From NCBI RefSeq assembly GCF_054482595.1, contig NZ_CM137008.1: a stretch of DNA of 64,000 nt. One strand, given 5' to 3'. Of this stretch, positions 19,934-33,357 are shown one piece after another. The notes beneath the pieces are model-generated. The model had not been told where the DNA came from. It saw nothing but the letters and a program-made list of their open reading frames with translations, and ran no database searches. Every line of letters begins with the position of its first letter. Within the stretch, counting starts at the first letter, position 1. Position numbers and translations under genes: made by a program.

Positions 19934-20081
19934 AGTGATTTGATTCCTTTTCGGGCCCGAGCAGTACGTGGCTCATCTGTAATATGCCGATGATAATAGA
20001 CCTTTCATCACTTTAAAACCTTTTGCTTTCCGGTCTTACGGCGTTTTGCTGTTTACTCTGACCGTGAAGCAGGAAAAAAGT

Positions 20082-21743
20082 TTACGCCGCAAGCAGTTCT
20101 TTCGCATTCGCCAGTGTGTTACGTGTGACTTCACTGCCACCAAGCAGGCGCGCCAGCTCTTGTAACCGCGCTTTTTTATCCAGAGATTGCATATGCGTTT
20201 CTGTCATCGCACCATCGGTTTCTTTGCTGACAAAATAGTGTTGATGACCACATCCCGCGACTTGTGGCAGGTGGGTAACACACATCACCTGAGTTGATTC
20301 GCCGAGTTGACGCAGCAGTTTGCCGACAACTGCCGCTGTTGGACCGCTAATCCCTACATCCACTTCATCAAAAATCAGTGCCGGGGTTTCCATTTTACGC
20401 GCCGTGATGACCTGGATTGCCAGTGCGATGCGGGACAATTCACCACCGGATGCGACTTTGGCAATAGGCTGCATTGGCTGACCTGGGTTGGTGGTTACCC
20501 GAAACTCAATACGATCGGCACCGTCAGCGCCCAGGTGATGCTCGTCAAATTTAACATCAATCGTAAACTGCCCATGCGGCATTGAGAGCGCATGCATACT
20601 GTCGGTGATCAGCTGTGCAAGTTCTTCTGCATAATGCTGGCGTTGCTGGTGTAATGCGCGCGCCGTTTCCAGTGCCTGCTGATGATGTTTCGTTACCGCC
20701 AGCGCGAGCGTTTCTTGTGAGTCGGCCTGATCGTCCAGTTGCTGCTGTTCTTCCAGTAGCGACTGGTAATACTGTGGTAATGCCTCAGGGCTGACGTGAT
20801 GTTTACGTGCCAGCGAAATCTGTTTTGAGATGCGCTGTTCAAGTTCAAACAGTCGGTTGGGATCGAGATCCAGACGATCGCAGTAGTGGCGCAGTTCGTC
20901 GCTGGCTTCAGCGATCTGGATGGTAGCTTCTTCCAGCATATCAAGTACGCCGGACAGTTTGCTGTCCATGCCAATCAATTCGCTCACCAGTTGTTTAGCC
21001 GTGTAAAGCTGACTTTGCAGGTTTGCGTCTTCACCGTCGGCCATTAATGCCAATGCATTCTGGCTGGTGGTCAGCAATTGACCGCTGTTCGCCAGACGTT
21101 TGTACTCTTCGTCGATTTGCTCAAACTCTCCGGGCTGCGGATTAAATTCGTTAAGTTCTTTTAATTGGTATTGCAGCAGTTCCGCACGGGCGGCGCGTTC
21201 CTGACTTAACTGTTGATGATGCGCGAGGTCACGGCAGCTTTGATGCCACAACTGATAACGTGCGGTCATTTCCTGGAGTAGAGAGGTTTCATTGGCATAG
21301 CCATCAAGCAGGAACTTTTGGTGCTCGGGTTTGGTGAGTAACTGATGAGCGTGCTGACCATGGATCTGAATCAGCAACTGACCCAGTTCGCGCAGTTGTG
21401 ACAGAGGAACAGCTGTACCGTTGATGAAACCACGGGAGCGACCATCGCTGCTGATCACGCGACGAAGCAAACATTCATGCCCGTCTTCAAGCTGGTTTTC
21501 TTCCAGCCAGCGCAGGGCCGCTGGCGTATCTTTCAGAGAAAAACGGGCGCACAGGTCAGCGCGAGCAGCGCCGGTACGCACCATGTCGGCTTCAGCGCGA
21601 CCACCGAGACAAAGACCGAGGGCATCTATTGCAATAGATTTACCCGCGCCGGTCTCGCCAGTTATTACGGTCATGCCGCTATGAAAATCAATCTCAAGCT
21701 CACGAACGATAGCAAAGTTGCTGATGGTCAGTTGTGCCAACAT
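20082..21743 (-). CDS. recN: DNA repair protein RecN
   Basis: 553 aa; Walker [12 protein letters not shown]-like. Confidence 0.95.
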   Translation of the reverse strand: MLAQLTISNFAIVRELEIDFHSGMTVITGETGAGKSIAIDALGLCLGGRAEADMVRTGAARADLCARFSLKDTPAALRWLEENQLEDGHECLLRRVISSDGRSRGFINGTAVPLSQLRELGQLLIQIHGQHAHQLLTKPEHQKFLLDGYANETSLLQEMTARYQLWHQSCRDLAHHQQLSQERAARAELLQYQLKELNEFNPQPGEFEQIDEEYKRLANSGQLLTTSQNALALMADGEDANLQSQLYTAKQLVSELIGMDSKLSGVLDMLEEATIQIAEASDELRHYCDRLDLDPNRLFELEQRISKQISLARKHHVSPEALPQYYQSLLEEQQQLDDQADSQETLALAVTKHHQQALETARALHQQRQHYAEELAQLITDSMHALSMPHGQFTIDVKFDEHHLGADGADRIEFRVTTNPGQPMQPIAKVASGGELSRIALAIQVITARKMETPALIFDEVDVGISGPTAAVVGKLLRQLGESTQVMCVTHLPQVAGCGHQHYFVSKETDGAMTETHMQSLDKKARLQELARLLGGSEVTRNTLANAKELLAA

Positions 21744-21828
21744 AGTCGTTTTCCTGTATGAAAAACCATTACTGTTATTGTGTACAGTATAAACTGGTTT
21801 TATATACAGTAAAGAGGCTGGCGTAAAA

Positions 21829-22707
21829 TTAGAATAATTTTTTTGACCAGCCGAGCTTGGTGCTTAATATATTGAAATAACTGTAATCTTTCGGATGAAT
21901 CAGATTCAGATGGTAATCACAGCGACGAATCAGGACATCTTCACCTTCCTGAATCGGCAGTGCTATCTGGCTGTCGCAACTGATTTCCAGGTCGTTACGG
22001 CGATGCGAAAAACGCAGACGGATCGTGCTGCTGCTGTTTATGACCAGTGGTCGTGCTGACAACGTATGCGGGAACATGGGCACCAGGGTAATCGCATCCA
22101 GAGAGGGGGTCAGAATAGGACCGCCCGCAGAGAGGGAATAGGCGGTGGAGCCTGTTGGCGTCGAAATAATTAGCCCATCAGATCGCTGAGAAAACGCAAA
22201 GATCTCGTCGATATACACTTCGAACTCTATCATATGCGCCACTTTGCCTGGATGAAGTACCACTTCATTTATCGCGGTGCTGATGCGTTTCTGGCAATCT
22301 TGCTGACAGACTTGCGCTTCCAGCAAAAAACGTTTCTCGCTGATGTAGTGACCTTCCAGCACATCGGCTAATTGTTGCTGGGCGTTATCGGGGTCAAGGT
22401 CAGTCAGGAAACCCAGGTTGCCACGGTTGATTCCAATAACTTTAATATCGTAACGGGCGAGCGTGCGCGCCGCGCCCAGCATATTACCGTCGCCACCAAC
22501 GACTACCGCGAGATCAGCCAGTTGCCCAATCTCCGCGAGCGTGCCAGTTTTCACATTCTTCAGTTGCAATTCGTGAGCGATTTGTTGCTCAACGATGACC
22601 TCGTAACCTTTTGTGCACAGCCAGCGGTAGAGCATTTCATGTGTTGTCAGTGCAGTAGGGTGCCGTGGGTGTCCCACAATGCCAATACACTTGAAATGAT
22701 TATTCAT
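21829..22707 (-). CDS. nadK: NAD kinase
   Basis: 292 aa; GGDGN motif. Confidence 0.95.
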   Translation of the reverse strand: MNNHFKCIGIVGHPRHPTALTTHEMLYRWLCTKGYEVIVEQQIAHELQLKNVKTGTLAEIGQLADLAVVVGGDGNMLGAARTLARYDIKVIGINRGNLGFLTDLDPDNAQQQLADVLEGHYISEKRFLLEAQVCQQDCQKRISTAINEVVLHPGKVAHMIEFEVYIDEIFAFSQRSDGLIISTPTGSTAYSLSAGGPILTPSLDAITLVPMFPHTLSARPLVINSSSTIRLRFSHRRNDLEISCDSQIALPIQEGEDVLIRRCDYHLNLIHPKDYSYFNILSTKLGWSKKLF

Positions 22708-22796
22708 TTTTCCGAGGTCCTTGTTGCGAAGATTGATGACAATGTGAGTGCTTCCCTTGAAACCCTGAAACTGATCCCCATAATAAGCGAAGTTAG

Positions 22797-23423
<627 letters not shown>

Positions 23424-23445
23424 TTTCTGTTTTCGTAATAATTCA

Positions 23446-23479
23446 CGGCCCTGCATGCGAATGCAGGGCCGTTTTCGTT
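23446..23479. terminator. Bidirectional terminator between grpE and yfjD
   Basis: GGCCCTGCAtgcgaaTGCAGGGCC followed by GTTTTCGTT. Confidence 0.7.
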
Positions 23480-24740
23480 ACTCCGCCACACTCTCGCGCA
23501 GCGGTTTCACAGGAAAAACTTTTACCTGCTTAATCATATTGTCCTGTACGTCGAGAATATCTATATCGTACTCGCCAATACGCACGCGGGTGCCTGCGAC
23601 AGGGATCTCTTCCAGTGCCTCAAGAATGACGCCATTAACCGTGCGGGCATCATCTTCCGGTAGATGCCAGTTAAAGGCTTTGTTGATTTCCCGCACGTTG
23701 GCGGTGCCATCGATAATCACCGAACCGTCGTTTTGCGGCGTGACCTCTTCGGCAAGTGTTGGCGACATCGACGTAGTGAAATCGCCGACAATCTCTTCCA
23801 GAATATCTTCAACCGTCACCAGCCCTTGAATGTCTCCATACTCGTTGACGACCAGGCCGACTTTCTTTTTGTTGCGCTGAAACTTTACCAACTGCGTGCT
23901 GAGCGGCGTACCTTCCGGCACAAAATAGATCTCGTCCGCGGCGCGCAGCATGGTTTCTTTGGTGAACTCTTTTTTCTCCGACATCAACCGCCAGGCTTCA
24001 CGTACTCGCAGCATACTGATGGCGTCGTCCAGCGAATCACGGTAGAGCACGATGCGCCCGTGAGGTGAGTGGGAGAGTTGGCGCAGAATAGATTTCCAGT
24101 CATCGTTGATATCAATACCGATAATTTCACTGCGCGGCACCATGATGTCATCAACGGTCATTTTTTCCAGATCGAGCACCGACAGCAGCATATCCTGATT
24201 GCGACGGGAAATTTGTGAGCGCGATTCGTGCACGATAGTGCGCAACTCTTCTTTGCTCAAAGAGCCGCTGACCACGATATCGGTTTTGATGCCCATAATG
24301 CGCATTAACATGCGGGTGATAGCGTTCAGCAACCAGACCAGCGGCATCATCAAAATTTGCAGCGGTGCTAACAGAATACTACTCGGATAAGCGACTTTTT
24401 CCGGGTATAGCGCAGCGATAGTTTTCGGCAACACTTCGGCAAAAACCAGCACCACAAAGGTCAGCACACCAGTCGCAATTGCCACGCCCGCATCGCCGTA
24501 CAAACGCATCCCAACAATAGTGCCGAGCGCGGAGGCAAGAATATTGACCAGGTTATTGCCGATTAACACCAGGCTTATCAGGCGGTCTGGCTTACGCAGC
24601 AATTTTTCGACGCGTTTGGCCGAGCGATTACCCTGTTTCGCCATATGTCGCAGACGATAGCGGTTGAGGGTCATCATTCCGGTTTCGGACCCGGAAAAAT
24701 AGGCTGAAATGACCACCATGATGATCAGAATAATGATCAA
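23478..24740 (-). CDS. yfjD: Inner membrane protein YfjD (CorC/HlyC family with CBS domains)
   Basis: 420 aa; N-terminal transmembrane helices then CBS/CorC region. Confidence 0.9.
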   Translation of the reverse strand: MIIILIIMVVISAYFSGSETGMMTLNRYRLRHMAKQGNRSAKRVEKLLRKPDRLISLVLIGNNLVNILASALGTIVGMRLYGDAGVAIATGVLTFVVLVFAEVLPKTIAALYPEKVAYPSSILLAPLQILMMPLVWLLNAITRMLMRIMGIKTDIVVSGSLSKEELRTIVHESRSQISRRNQDMLLSVLDLEKMTVDDIMVPRSEIIGIDINDDWKSILRQLSHSPHGRIVLYRDSLDDAISMLRVREAWRLMSEKKEFTKETMLRAADEIYFVPEGTPLSTQLVKFQRNKKKVGLVVNEYGDIQGLVTVEDILEEIVGDFTTSMSPTLAEEVTPQNDGSVIIDGTANVREINKAFNWHLPEDDARTVNGVILEALEEIPVAGTRVRIGEYDIDILDVQDNMIKQVKVFPVKPLRESVAE

Positions 24741-24784
24741 CGTAGTAGTAGAAATGTGTTCCAGGGGAAACTCCTTTTCTGGGT

Positions 24785-25576
24785 TTAGCTGATTAACTGC
24801 TGGACAATTCGGCTGCCGAAGTAGGCCAGTGTCAGAATGACTGCACCCGCAACGTTAAACCAGACGACGCGGCGTCCACGCCATCCTTCATGATAATGTC
24901 CCCACAGCAGCACAATATAGACAAACCACGCCACGATAGAGAGCACAGCCTTGTCGATATTTTCCATGCTAAATAAGTTGTGCATGTAGAACAGGCCAGT
25001 GCAAAGCGTGAGCGTTAGCAGCACCACGCCAATCTGCGTGATGTGGAACATTTTACGCTCGATACTCATCAATGGCGGCATTTCCTGGTTAAACGCCAGC
25101 TTCTTGTTCTTCAGTTGGTAATCAATCCACGCCAGTTGCAGCGCGTACAGGGCGGCGATAATTAGCGTGGCATAGGAAAAGAGCGATAAGCCAATGTGCA
25201 CCAGCATCCCAGGTGTAGCTTCCAGATGGGTGATGTATTCATTGGGCATGAAGGTTGCCAGCGCCAGGTTGATAAGCGCAAAGGCATAGACAATGGGTAG
25301 CAGCAACCAGCCACGATTGCGAGAAGCCACAATGGTCATTACCGTACAGATCATCAAACTGACCAATGAACCAACGTTCAGCAGGCTGAGGTTTTGTCCG
25401 CTATCACCGTCGGGCAGGATGCGGGCTTCCAGAGCGATTGCGTGGCAGACCAGCGCAATGACCGCAGAAATAATAGCCATGCGCCGCCAGCCGCCGTTTT
25501 TTTGCAGCAGACCGGGAACAATCAGCGCAAGACTGACGGAGTAGGCGACAAGCGCGAGCAGAGCAAAAACGGGCAT
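24785..25576 (-). CDS. ypjD: Inner membrane protein YpjD (cytochrome c assembly-like)
   Basis: 263 aa from internal Met MPVFALL…; ORF-track ORF extends 25 codons further upstream to 25651. Confidence 0.85.
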   Translation of the reverse strand: MPVFALLALVAYSVSLALIVPGLLQKNGGWRRMAIISAVIALVCHAIALEARILPDGDSGQNLSLLNVGSLVSLMICTVMTIVASRNRGWLLLPIVYAFALINLALATFMPNEYITHLEATPGMLVHIGLSLFSYATLIIAALYALQLAWIDYQLKNKKLAFNQEMPPLMSIERKMFHITQIGVVLLTLTLCTGLFYMHNLFSMENIDKAVLSIVAWFVYIVLLWGHYHEGWRGRRVVWFNVAGAVILTLAYFGSRIVQQLIS

Positions 25577-25742
25577 AGTAATGTCGACAGTTTGAGCAAT
25601 AAGAAAGAGAAGCAGTATAGCGTCAGGTGAACGCTGCTCCAACCGTTGCATAACAACAAAGACGCCTTCATGTTATACTGCGGCAAAATACTGATGATGT
25701 GTCGCGATTGCGGCCAACCGTTTCCACCCCAGGCGAGAGACA

Positions 25743-27104
25743 ATGTTTGATAATTTAACCGATCGTTTGTCGCGCACGCTGCGCAATATCAGTGGCCGTG
25801 GACGCCTCACTGAAGACAACGTAAAAGATACGCTGCGCGAAGTGCGCATGGCGCTGCTGGAGGCGGACGTCGCTCTGCCGGTAGTGCGTGAGTTTATCAA
25901 TCGCGTAAAAGAGAAAGCGGTTGGTCATGAAGTTAATAAAAGCCTGACGCCGGGGCAGGAGTTCGTCAAAATCGTCCGTAACGAACTGGTTGCGGCGATG
26001 GGCGAAGAGAACCAGACCCTGAATCTGGCGGCACAACCGCCTGCGGTCGTGCTGATGGCGGGCCTGCAAGGTGCCGGTAAAACCACCAGTGTCGGTAAGC
26101 TCGGTAAGTTCCTGCGCGAGAAGCACAAGAAAAAAGTGCTGGTGGTTTCTGCCGACGTTTATCGTCCAGCGGCAATCAAACAGCTTGAGACGCTTGCAGA
26201 GCAGGTGGGCGTTGATTTCTTCCCTTCTGATGTTGGTCAGAAGCCGGTAGATATCGTTAACGCGGCGCTGAAAGAAGCCAAACTGAAATTCTACGACGTG
26301 CTGCTGGTGGATACCGCTGGTCGTCTGCACGTTGACGAAGCGATGATGGACGAGATCAAACAAGTCCATGCGTCCATAAATCCGGTTGAAACCCTGTTTG
26401 TGGTTGACGCCATGACCGGTCAGGATGCGGCCAATACGGCAAAAGCATTCAATGAAGCGTTACCGCTGACCGGCGTAGTGTTGACCAAAGTGGACGGCGA
26501 TGCCCGCGGCGGTGCGGCGCTCTCTATTCGTCACATCACTGGCAAACCGATCAAGTTCCTCGGTGTTGGCGAGAAAACTGAGGCGCTGGAGCCGTTCCAT
26601 CCGGACCGCATCGCGTCGCGTATTCTCGGCATGGGCGACGTACTGTCGCTGATCGAAGATATCGAAAGCAAAGTTGACCGCGCGCAGGCAGAGAAATTAG
26701 CCAGCAAGCTAAAAAAAGGCGACGGCTTCGATCTCAACGACTTTCTTGAGCAACTGCGCCAGATGAAAAATATGGGCGGCATGGCTAGTCTGATGGGCAA
26801 GCTGCCGGGCATGGGGCAGATCCCGGATAACGTCAAGTCACAGATGGACGATAAAGTGCTGGTGCGTATGGAAGCCATCATCAACTCGATGACGATGAAA
26901 GAGCGCGCTAAGCCAGAAATCATCAAAGGTTCGCGTAAACGCCGTATTGCTGCCGGTTGCGGTATGCAGGTGCAGGACGTTAACCGTCTTCTGAAACAGT
27001 TCGACGACATGCAGCGCATGATGAAGAAAATGAAGAAGGGCGGAATGGCGAAGATGATGAGAAGCATGAAGGGGATGATGCCGCCGGGATTTCCTGGTCG
27101 CTAA
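25743..27104 (+). CDS. ffh: Signal recognition particle protein Ffh
   Basis: 453 aa; GLQGAGKTT G-domain; Met-rich C-terminus. Confidence 0.95.
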   Translation: MFDNLTDRLSRTLRNISGRGRLTEDNVKDTLREVRMALLEADVALPVVREFINRVKEKAVGHEVNKSLTPGQEFVKIVRNELVAAMGEENQTLNLAAQPPAVVLMAGLQGAGKTTSVGKLGKFLREKHKKKVLVVSADVYRPAAIKQLETLAEQVGVDFFPSDVGQKPVDIVNAALKEAKLKFYDVLLVDTAGRLHVDEAMMDEIKQVHASINPVETLFVVDAMTGQDAANTAKAFNEALPLTGVVLTKVDGDARGGAALSIRHITGKPIKFLGVGEKTEALEPFHPDRIASRILGMGDVLSLIEDIESKVDRAQAEKLASKLKKGDGFDLNDFLEQLRQMKNMGGMASLMGKLPGMGQIPDNVKSQMDDKVLVRMEAIINSMTMKERAKPEIIKGSRKRRIAAGCGMQVQDVNRLLKQFDDMQRMMKKMKKGGMAKMMRSMKGMMPPGFPGR

Positions 27105-27162
27105 ATGACCTTATGCGACAGAGTTATTAACTGCTGATTGCATTTTCTCCAGAAATCAGTAA

Positions 27163-27489
<327 letters not shown>

Positions 27490-27507
27490 TCTGTCACGGT
27501 GGTCATG

Positions 27508-28056
27508 ATGAGCAAACAACTCACCGCGCAAGCACCTGTTGATCCCATCGTTTTGGGAAAAATGGGTTCGTCTTACGGTATTCGTGGGTGGCTCAGAGTG
27601 TTTTCTTCCACCGAAGACGCCGAAAGCATTTTTGACTATCAGCCCTGGTTTATCCAGAAGGCGGGTCAGTGGCAGCAAGTCCAGCTGGAAAGCTGGAAGC
27701 ACCACAATCAGGACATGATCATCAAGCTGAAAGGCGTTGACGATCGTGATGCGGCGAACCTGCTGACAAATTGTGAAATTGTCGTGGATTCATCGCAGCT
27801 GCCTCAGCTTGAAGAGGGTGACTACTACTGGAAAGACCTGATGGGCTGCCAGGTAGTAACCACTGAAGGCTACGATCTCGGTAAAGTCGTCGATATGATG
27901 GAAACCGGATCCAATGACGTTCTCGTCATTAAGGCAAACCTGAAAGATGCGTTTGGTATCAAGGAACGTCTCGTACCGTTCCTCGATGGGCAGGTTATCA
28001 AGAAAGTCGATCTCACTACTCGTTCAATCGAAGTAGATTGGGATCCTGGTTTTTAA
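27508..28056 (+). CDS. rimM: Ribosome maturation factor RimM
   Basis: 182 aa from [10 protein letters not shown]…. Confidence 0.93.
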
Positions 28057-28086
28057 ACCACCGGATAAACGGTAAAAGACGGCGCT

Positions 28087-28854
28087 ATGTGGATTGGCAT
28101 AATTAGCCTGTTTCCTGAAATGTTCCGCGCAATTACCGATTACGGGGTAACTGGCCGGGCAGTTAAAAATGGCCTGCTGAGCATCCAGAGCTGGAGTCCT
28201 CGCGATTTCACGCATGACCGGCACCGTACCGTGGACGATCGTCCTTACGGCGGTGGACCGGGGATGTTAATGATGGTGCAACCCTTGCGGGACGCCATTC
28301 ATGCAGCAAAAGCCGCGGCGGGTGAAGGCGCAAAGGTGATTTATCTTTCACCACAGGGACGCAAGCTTGATCAAGCGGGCGTCAGCAAACTGGCAACGAA
28401 TCAAAAATTGATTCTGGTGTGCGGTCGCTACGAAGGTATAGATGAGCGCGTGATCCAAACCGAAATTGACGAAGAATGGTCAATCGGCGATTACGTTCTC
28501 AGTGGTGGTGAGTTACCAGCAATGACGCTGATTGACTCCGTTTCCCGGTTTATTCCGGGAGTACTGGGACATGAAGCCTCGGCAACGGAAGATTCCTTTG
28601 CTGAAGGATTGCTGGATTGCCCGCACTATACGCGGCCTGAGGTGTTAGAAGGGATGGAGGTTCCGCCAGTGTTACTGTCGGGCAACCATGCCGAGATACG
28701 TCGCTGGCGTTTGAAACAGTCGCTGGGCCGTACCTGGCTTAGAAGACCTGAACTTCTGGAAAACCTGGCTCTGACTGAAGAGCAAGCAAGGTTGCTGGCG
28801 GAGTTCAAAACGGAACACGCACAACAGCAACATAAACATGATGGGATGGCGTAA
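28087..28854 (+). CDS. trmD: tRNA (guanine37-N1)-methyltransferase TrmD
   Basis: 255 aa [13 protein letters not shown]…. Confidence 0.95.
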   Translation: MWIGIISLFPEMFRAITDYGVTGRAVKNGLLSIQSWSPRDFTHDRHRTVDDRPYGGGPGMLMMVQPLRDAIHAAKAAAGEGAKVIYLSPQGRKLDQAGVSKLATNQKLILVCGRYEGIDERVIQTEIDEEWSIGDYVLSGGELPAMTLIDSVSRFIPGVLGHEASATEDSFAEGLLDCPHYTRPEVLEGMEVPPVLLSGNHAEIRRWRLKQSLGRTWLRRPELLENLALTEEQARLLAEFKTEHAQQQHKHDGMA

Positions 28855-28892
28855 GCCCCCGAGATATCAGTTTACCCAGGATAAGAGATTAA

Positions 28893-29243
<351 letters not shown>

Positions 29244-29271
29244 GATTTCGCTTAAGCGACATCCTGTTAAG

Positions 29272-29302
29272 AAGGGCTGGCCAATTGGCTGGCCCTTTTT
29301 TT
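29272..29302. terminator. Bidirectional terminator between rplS and yfiB
   Basis: GGGCTGGCCAattggCTGGCCC followed by TTTTTTT. Confidence 0.75.
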
Positions 29303-29319
29303 ATCTGTTTGCTCGTGTT

Positions 29320-29802
29320 TTAAGGGGTAGTAATCACCACTGCGACGCGGCGGTTCTCGGCGCGGCCCTGGGCGGTCTTGTTACTGGCTATGGGATATTT
29401 TTTTCCTAAACCCTGTGTGGTGAGATTGCTGCGTGGAATTTGTCCACCCATAGCCCATGCATCGGCCACGACATTCGCCCGTTTCAATGATAAGCCTTCG
29501 TTGTAACTGTCTTCACCATAGTTATCGGTGTGTCCATCCATACGGGCATGTGTTAGCCCTGTCGAGGCCAATTTGGCTGCCATGGTTTGGATCTGTTGCT
29601 GGCTTTCCGGGAGCAATTTGTAGTCATTTTTTGCGAACAGAATGGCATCTGATAAGCCCAGCGACCAGTCGCCGGCGGATTCAGTAAATCCATAAGATTG
29701 CATAGCGGCGACTTGCTCAGGAGTAAACTTTCCCTGAGGGGACTGGCAGCCAGTCAGTATTAGTGAGGTGAAAATCAGGGGTGCTACCAGGTGCTTTATC
29801 AT
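29320..29802 (-). CDS. yfiB: OmpA-family lipoprotein YfiB
   Basis: 160 aa; lipobox LTGC; OmpA-like C-terminus. Confidence 0.9.
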   Translation of the reverse strand: MIKHLVAPLIFTSLILTGCQSPQGKFTPEQVAAMQSYGFTESAGDWSLGLSDAILFAKNDYKLLPESQQQIQTMAAKLASTGLTHARMDGHTDNYGEDSYNEGLSLKRANVVADAWAMGGQIPRSNLTTQGLGKKYPIASNKTAQGRAENRRVAVVITTP

Positions 29803-29817
29803 ATCGATATATCCTTG

Positions 29818-31044
29818 TTATCTCACCAGCTTTTCGGCACGCTGGTGTTTGGCCTGATACATATTGTGATCGGCCAGCTCTTGTAATTTTTCCGCAGAAG
29901 CGTGCGCAATGGTCATTGCGTAACCAATGCTTAATGTCATGGTGGTCTGATGGCCATTATGAAGATCAAACGGGAGATTAAAGATTTGTGTCAGTGCTGA
30001 GCATATCTGCTGCACTTCAGATTCCGACTGTACATCATAGAGCACCATAGCGAATTCATCGCCGCCCAGGCGGTATGCTTTATGTCGCAGCCCGCCAAAT
30101 TCAGCTAACCGTTTTGCGATTTCAATCAAGACTCTATCGCCCGTCGCATGACCCCAGGTATCATTGATATATTTGAAATTATCGCCATCAAGAAATAGTA
30201 ACGCCGACGTTTTTCGGGCATCGGAATTGTTCATCAACGTATTGATGCCGCTACGAAACGCTGCGCGGTTAGCCAGCCCGGTTAATGGGTCATGTAGCGC
30301 GGTACGCAGAAGCTGCGCATTTTTGGCCTGTAAACGAAGCTGCCACTCTTCCATTTCATCCAGCAGACTGTTGAAGTCGAGAGCGAAGCGGTGAAACTCA
30401 GCGATACGTTCTTCCGAAACTCGTCGGGAAAAATTGCGGTTGGAACGCACATCATGTACGACATCGGTGATATTTTTCAGTGCTTCCACCAGGCCATTGT
30501 GCAAATGGCGGGTGAGGGTAATTGCGATTCCTGATGCCAGCAGAATACAACCGGTCAGTACGGCGAGCGAAAACCAGATAAAATGGCTGATTGAACTGTC
30601 GCGAGCGGTTAAGCGTACTTCGCCAATGGTTTCACCATTGTGACGAATCGGCTGAATGATGGGGGCAGGGAAGAGCCAGTGGCTTATGAAATTGCTGAAA
30701 GTATCGCCTGGATCCTTACGGGTGTAATGCCAGGATGCCAGAATATTTTGCTGCTTATCACGTACTTCTGCAGTTGAAAATTGCCCTTGCTGGCCCAGCG
30801 CTGCCAGTGTTTCAGTTGCTGCAGGGCCATCGGCAAAAACGACAGCTGCTTCCAGACTGTAAGTCATTGTTGCTGCTGTCAGTGCCAGGTTTTTTTGCGC
30901 GTACTGTTTCAGGGTCAGCACCGAGGTCACGGAAAGCAGCAACCAGATCAGCATCATAGTGATAAATATGCTGGTCATACTGATGTTGCGTAATGCTCTT
31001 TTAAACGTGGGGCGCTTATTAAGAGAATTATCGTTATCCATCAT
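29818..31044 (-). CDS. dgcN: Diguanylate cyclase DgcN (YfiN)
   Basis: 408 aa; membrane/HAMP region then GGDEF (RLGGDEF). Confidence 0.93.
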
Positions 31045-31552
31045 TTTTCTTCCGTGCGAGCATTAAGACATCCGGGTTGACCTTTACACCGCTACGCGAT
31101 AAGGCATCCAGGTTTACGGCAAATCTGACGTCATTATTGTGGATGATCAGACAAAAGGCGCTACCAATAATGCACTCGGTATTTTGTTCGGCAATTAATA
31201 ATAACGCCTTTGACGGATATTGTTCGGTTAATTCCATCTGGAATGTCGGTGACTCGTTGCCAAAATAAAAACCATTGCAGCCTGAAATCATCGCCTCTTG
31301 TTGAGTGTGAATGATGACAGGCAGATAAGGCAAAGATGTCGCGGCATTCTCTTGTAGGGCGGTACTAAAACGTGAAGATGAAAAGATACATAACTTTGGT
31401 GGCCCTGATAGCGCAGGCCAGCGGGTGTAACTGACAATACCGGAAACCATCATACGCACGTTTTTCGCAACGTCAGAAGGCTCCTGAGCGAGTATTGGTG
31501 CTCCCGTCAGCAGGAGAATCAGCAGTAAGAACAGTCGGTGAGAAAAACGCAT
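31034..31552 (-). CDS. yfiR: Periplasmic repressor YfiR
   Basis: 172 aa with signal peptide; overlaps dgcN start by 11 nt. Confidence 0.9.
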
Positions 31553-31701
31553 TCAGGGATCCCCACCATCTTCGCTCGAAATGCATCGATATTTTTTCAG
31601 AATGCTCATTAAAATATCATTATTTCATGCGGTCGTCATCATTGTGAGAAATAAAACATAATGAGTAAAATCTTATGTTTAATTTATTTGTGGGGTTTTA
31701 A

Positions 31702-32067
31702 TTAATTTAATCGTATTGCGCTGGCATTTTCATCAGCCCCTTTTTGCCATACTTCATGCAGTTGGCTGGCATTTTCAACATTGTTGCAGCTGGCAGGAAA
31801 GCTTTTACCGGAAAGTCCTCGGGCATAAGTAAAATCGGTCTGGCAAGTTTTCTTTTGTCCTTCGGCATATCCTTTAAGGTATAGACCGCGATCCGCCTGT
31901 GAATCGCTAAATGCATCGTCATCTTTTATGGCGCTGCCCGATATCGCATCTTCCATACCAACATCATACCAGTCGGTGCTGGTCAAGGTTGGCGCGTGAG
32001 TATAAGGATCAATCTGGCATCCGCTAACCAGTAAAGCCAACAAGGGGGCGATAAACTTTTTCATCAT
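31702..32067 (-). CDS. yfiL: Lipoprotein YfiL
   Basis: 121 aa from MMKKFIAPLLALLVSGCQ; ORF track extends upstream to 32106. Confidence 0.8.
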   Translation of the reverse strand: MMKKFIAPLLALLVSGCQIDPYTHAPTLTSTDWYDVGMEDAISGSAIKDDDAFSDSQADRGLYLKGYAEGQKKTCQTDFTYARGLSGKSFPASCNNVENASQLHEVWQKGADENASAIRLN

Positions 32068-32112
32068 TTCTTTCTCCTTTTTCAAAGCATAGCGGATTGT
32101 TTTCAAAGGTGG

Positions 32113-32182
32113 TGTAAATTTATCTATACAGAATCAAGGGTTGAAAGCGCGAATAAATTGCTTCTGTAAAGAAAAATGTACG
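32113..32182. promoter_or_regulatory. TyrR boxes upstream of aroF
   Basis: TGTAAAtttatcTATACA (32113-32130) and TGTAAAgaaaaaTGTACG (32165-32182), close to the TGTAAA-N6-TTTACA consensus. Confidence 0.65.
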
Positions 32183-32276
32183 AAATATGGATTGAAAACT
32201 TTACTTTATGTGTTATCGTTACGTCATCCTCGCTGAGGATCAACTATCGCAAACGAGCATAAACAGGATCGCCATC

Positions 32277-33347
32277 ATGCAAAAAGACGCGCTGAATAAC
32301 GTACATATTACCGACGAACAGGTTTTAATGACTCCGGCACAACTGAAGGCCGCTTTTCCATTAAGCCTGCAACAAGAAGCCCAGATTGCTGACTCGCGTA
32401 AAACCATTTCAGATATTATCGCCGGGCGCGATCCTCGTCTGCTGGTAGTATGTGGTCCTTGTTCCATTCATGATCCGGAAACTGCTCTGGAATATGCTCG
32501 TCGATTTAAAGCCCTTGCCGCAGAGGTCAGCGATAGCCTCTATCTGGTAATGCGCGTCTATTTTGAAAAACCCCGTACCACTGTCGGCTGGAAAGGGTTA
32601 ATTAACGATCCCCATATGGATGGCTCTTTTGATGTAGAAGCCGGGCTGCAGATCGCGCGTAAATTGCTGCTTGAGCTGGTGAATATGGGACTGCCACTGG
32701 CGACGGAAGCGTTAGATCCGAATAGCCCGCAATACCTGGGCGATTTGTTTAGCTGGTCAGCAATTGGTGCTCGTACAACGGAATCGCAAACTCACCGTGA
32801 AATGGCCTCCGGGCTTTCCATGCCGGTTGGTTTTAAAAACGGCACCGACGGCAGTCTGGCAACAGCAATTAACGCTATGCGCGCCGCCGCCCAGCCGCAC
32901 CGTTTTGTTGGCATTAACCAGGCAGGTCAGGTTGCGTTGCTACAAACTCAGGGGAATCCGGACGGACATGTGATCCTGCGCGGTGGTAAAGCGCCGAACT
33001 ATAGCCCTGCGGATGTTGCGCAATGTGAAAAAGAGATGGAACAGGCGGGACTGCGCCCGTCTCTGATGGTAGATTGCAGCCACGGTAATTCCAATAAAGA
33101 TTATCGCCGTCAGCCTGCGGTGGCAGAATCCGTGGTTGCTCAAATCAAAGATGGCAATCGCTCAATTATTGGTCTGATGATCGAAAGTAATATCCACGAG
33201 GGCAATCAGTCTTCCGAGCAACCGCGCAGTGAAATGAAATACGGTGTATCCGTAACCGATGCCTGCATTAGCTGGGAAATGACCGATGCCTTGCTGCGTG
33301 AAATTCATCAGGATCTGAACGGGCAGCTGACGGCTCGCGTGGCTTAA
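32277..33347 (+). CDS. aroF: DAHP synthase, Tyr-sensitive (AroF)
   Basis: 356 aa from [15 protein letters not shown]…; ORF track starts 23 codons earlier. Confidence 0.93.
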   Translation: MQKDALNNVHITDEQVLMTPAQLKAAFPLSLQQEAQIADSRKTISDIIAGRDPRLLVVCGPCSIHDPETALEYARRFKALAAEVSDSLYLVMRVYFEKPRTTVGWKGLINDPHMDGSFDVEAGLQIARKLLLELVNMGLPLATEALDPNSPQYLGDLFSWSAIGARTTESQTHREMASGLSMPVGFKNGTDGSLATAINAMRAAAQPHRFVGINQAGQVALLQTQGNPDGHVILRGGKAPNYSPADVAQCEKEMEQAGLRPSLMVDCSHGNSNKDYRRQPAVAESVVAQIKDGNRSIIGLMIESNIHEGNQSSEQPRSEMKYGVSVTDACISWEMTDALLREIHQDLNGQLTARVA

Positions 33348-33357
33348 GAGGTTTATT

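Noticed and set aside
25755-26369. 204-aa minus-strand ORF and other antisense ORFs inside ffh, clpB, pka, recN, nadB and srmB
   Set aside because: They overlap well-supported conserved genes on the opposite strand and lack SD and start context.
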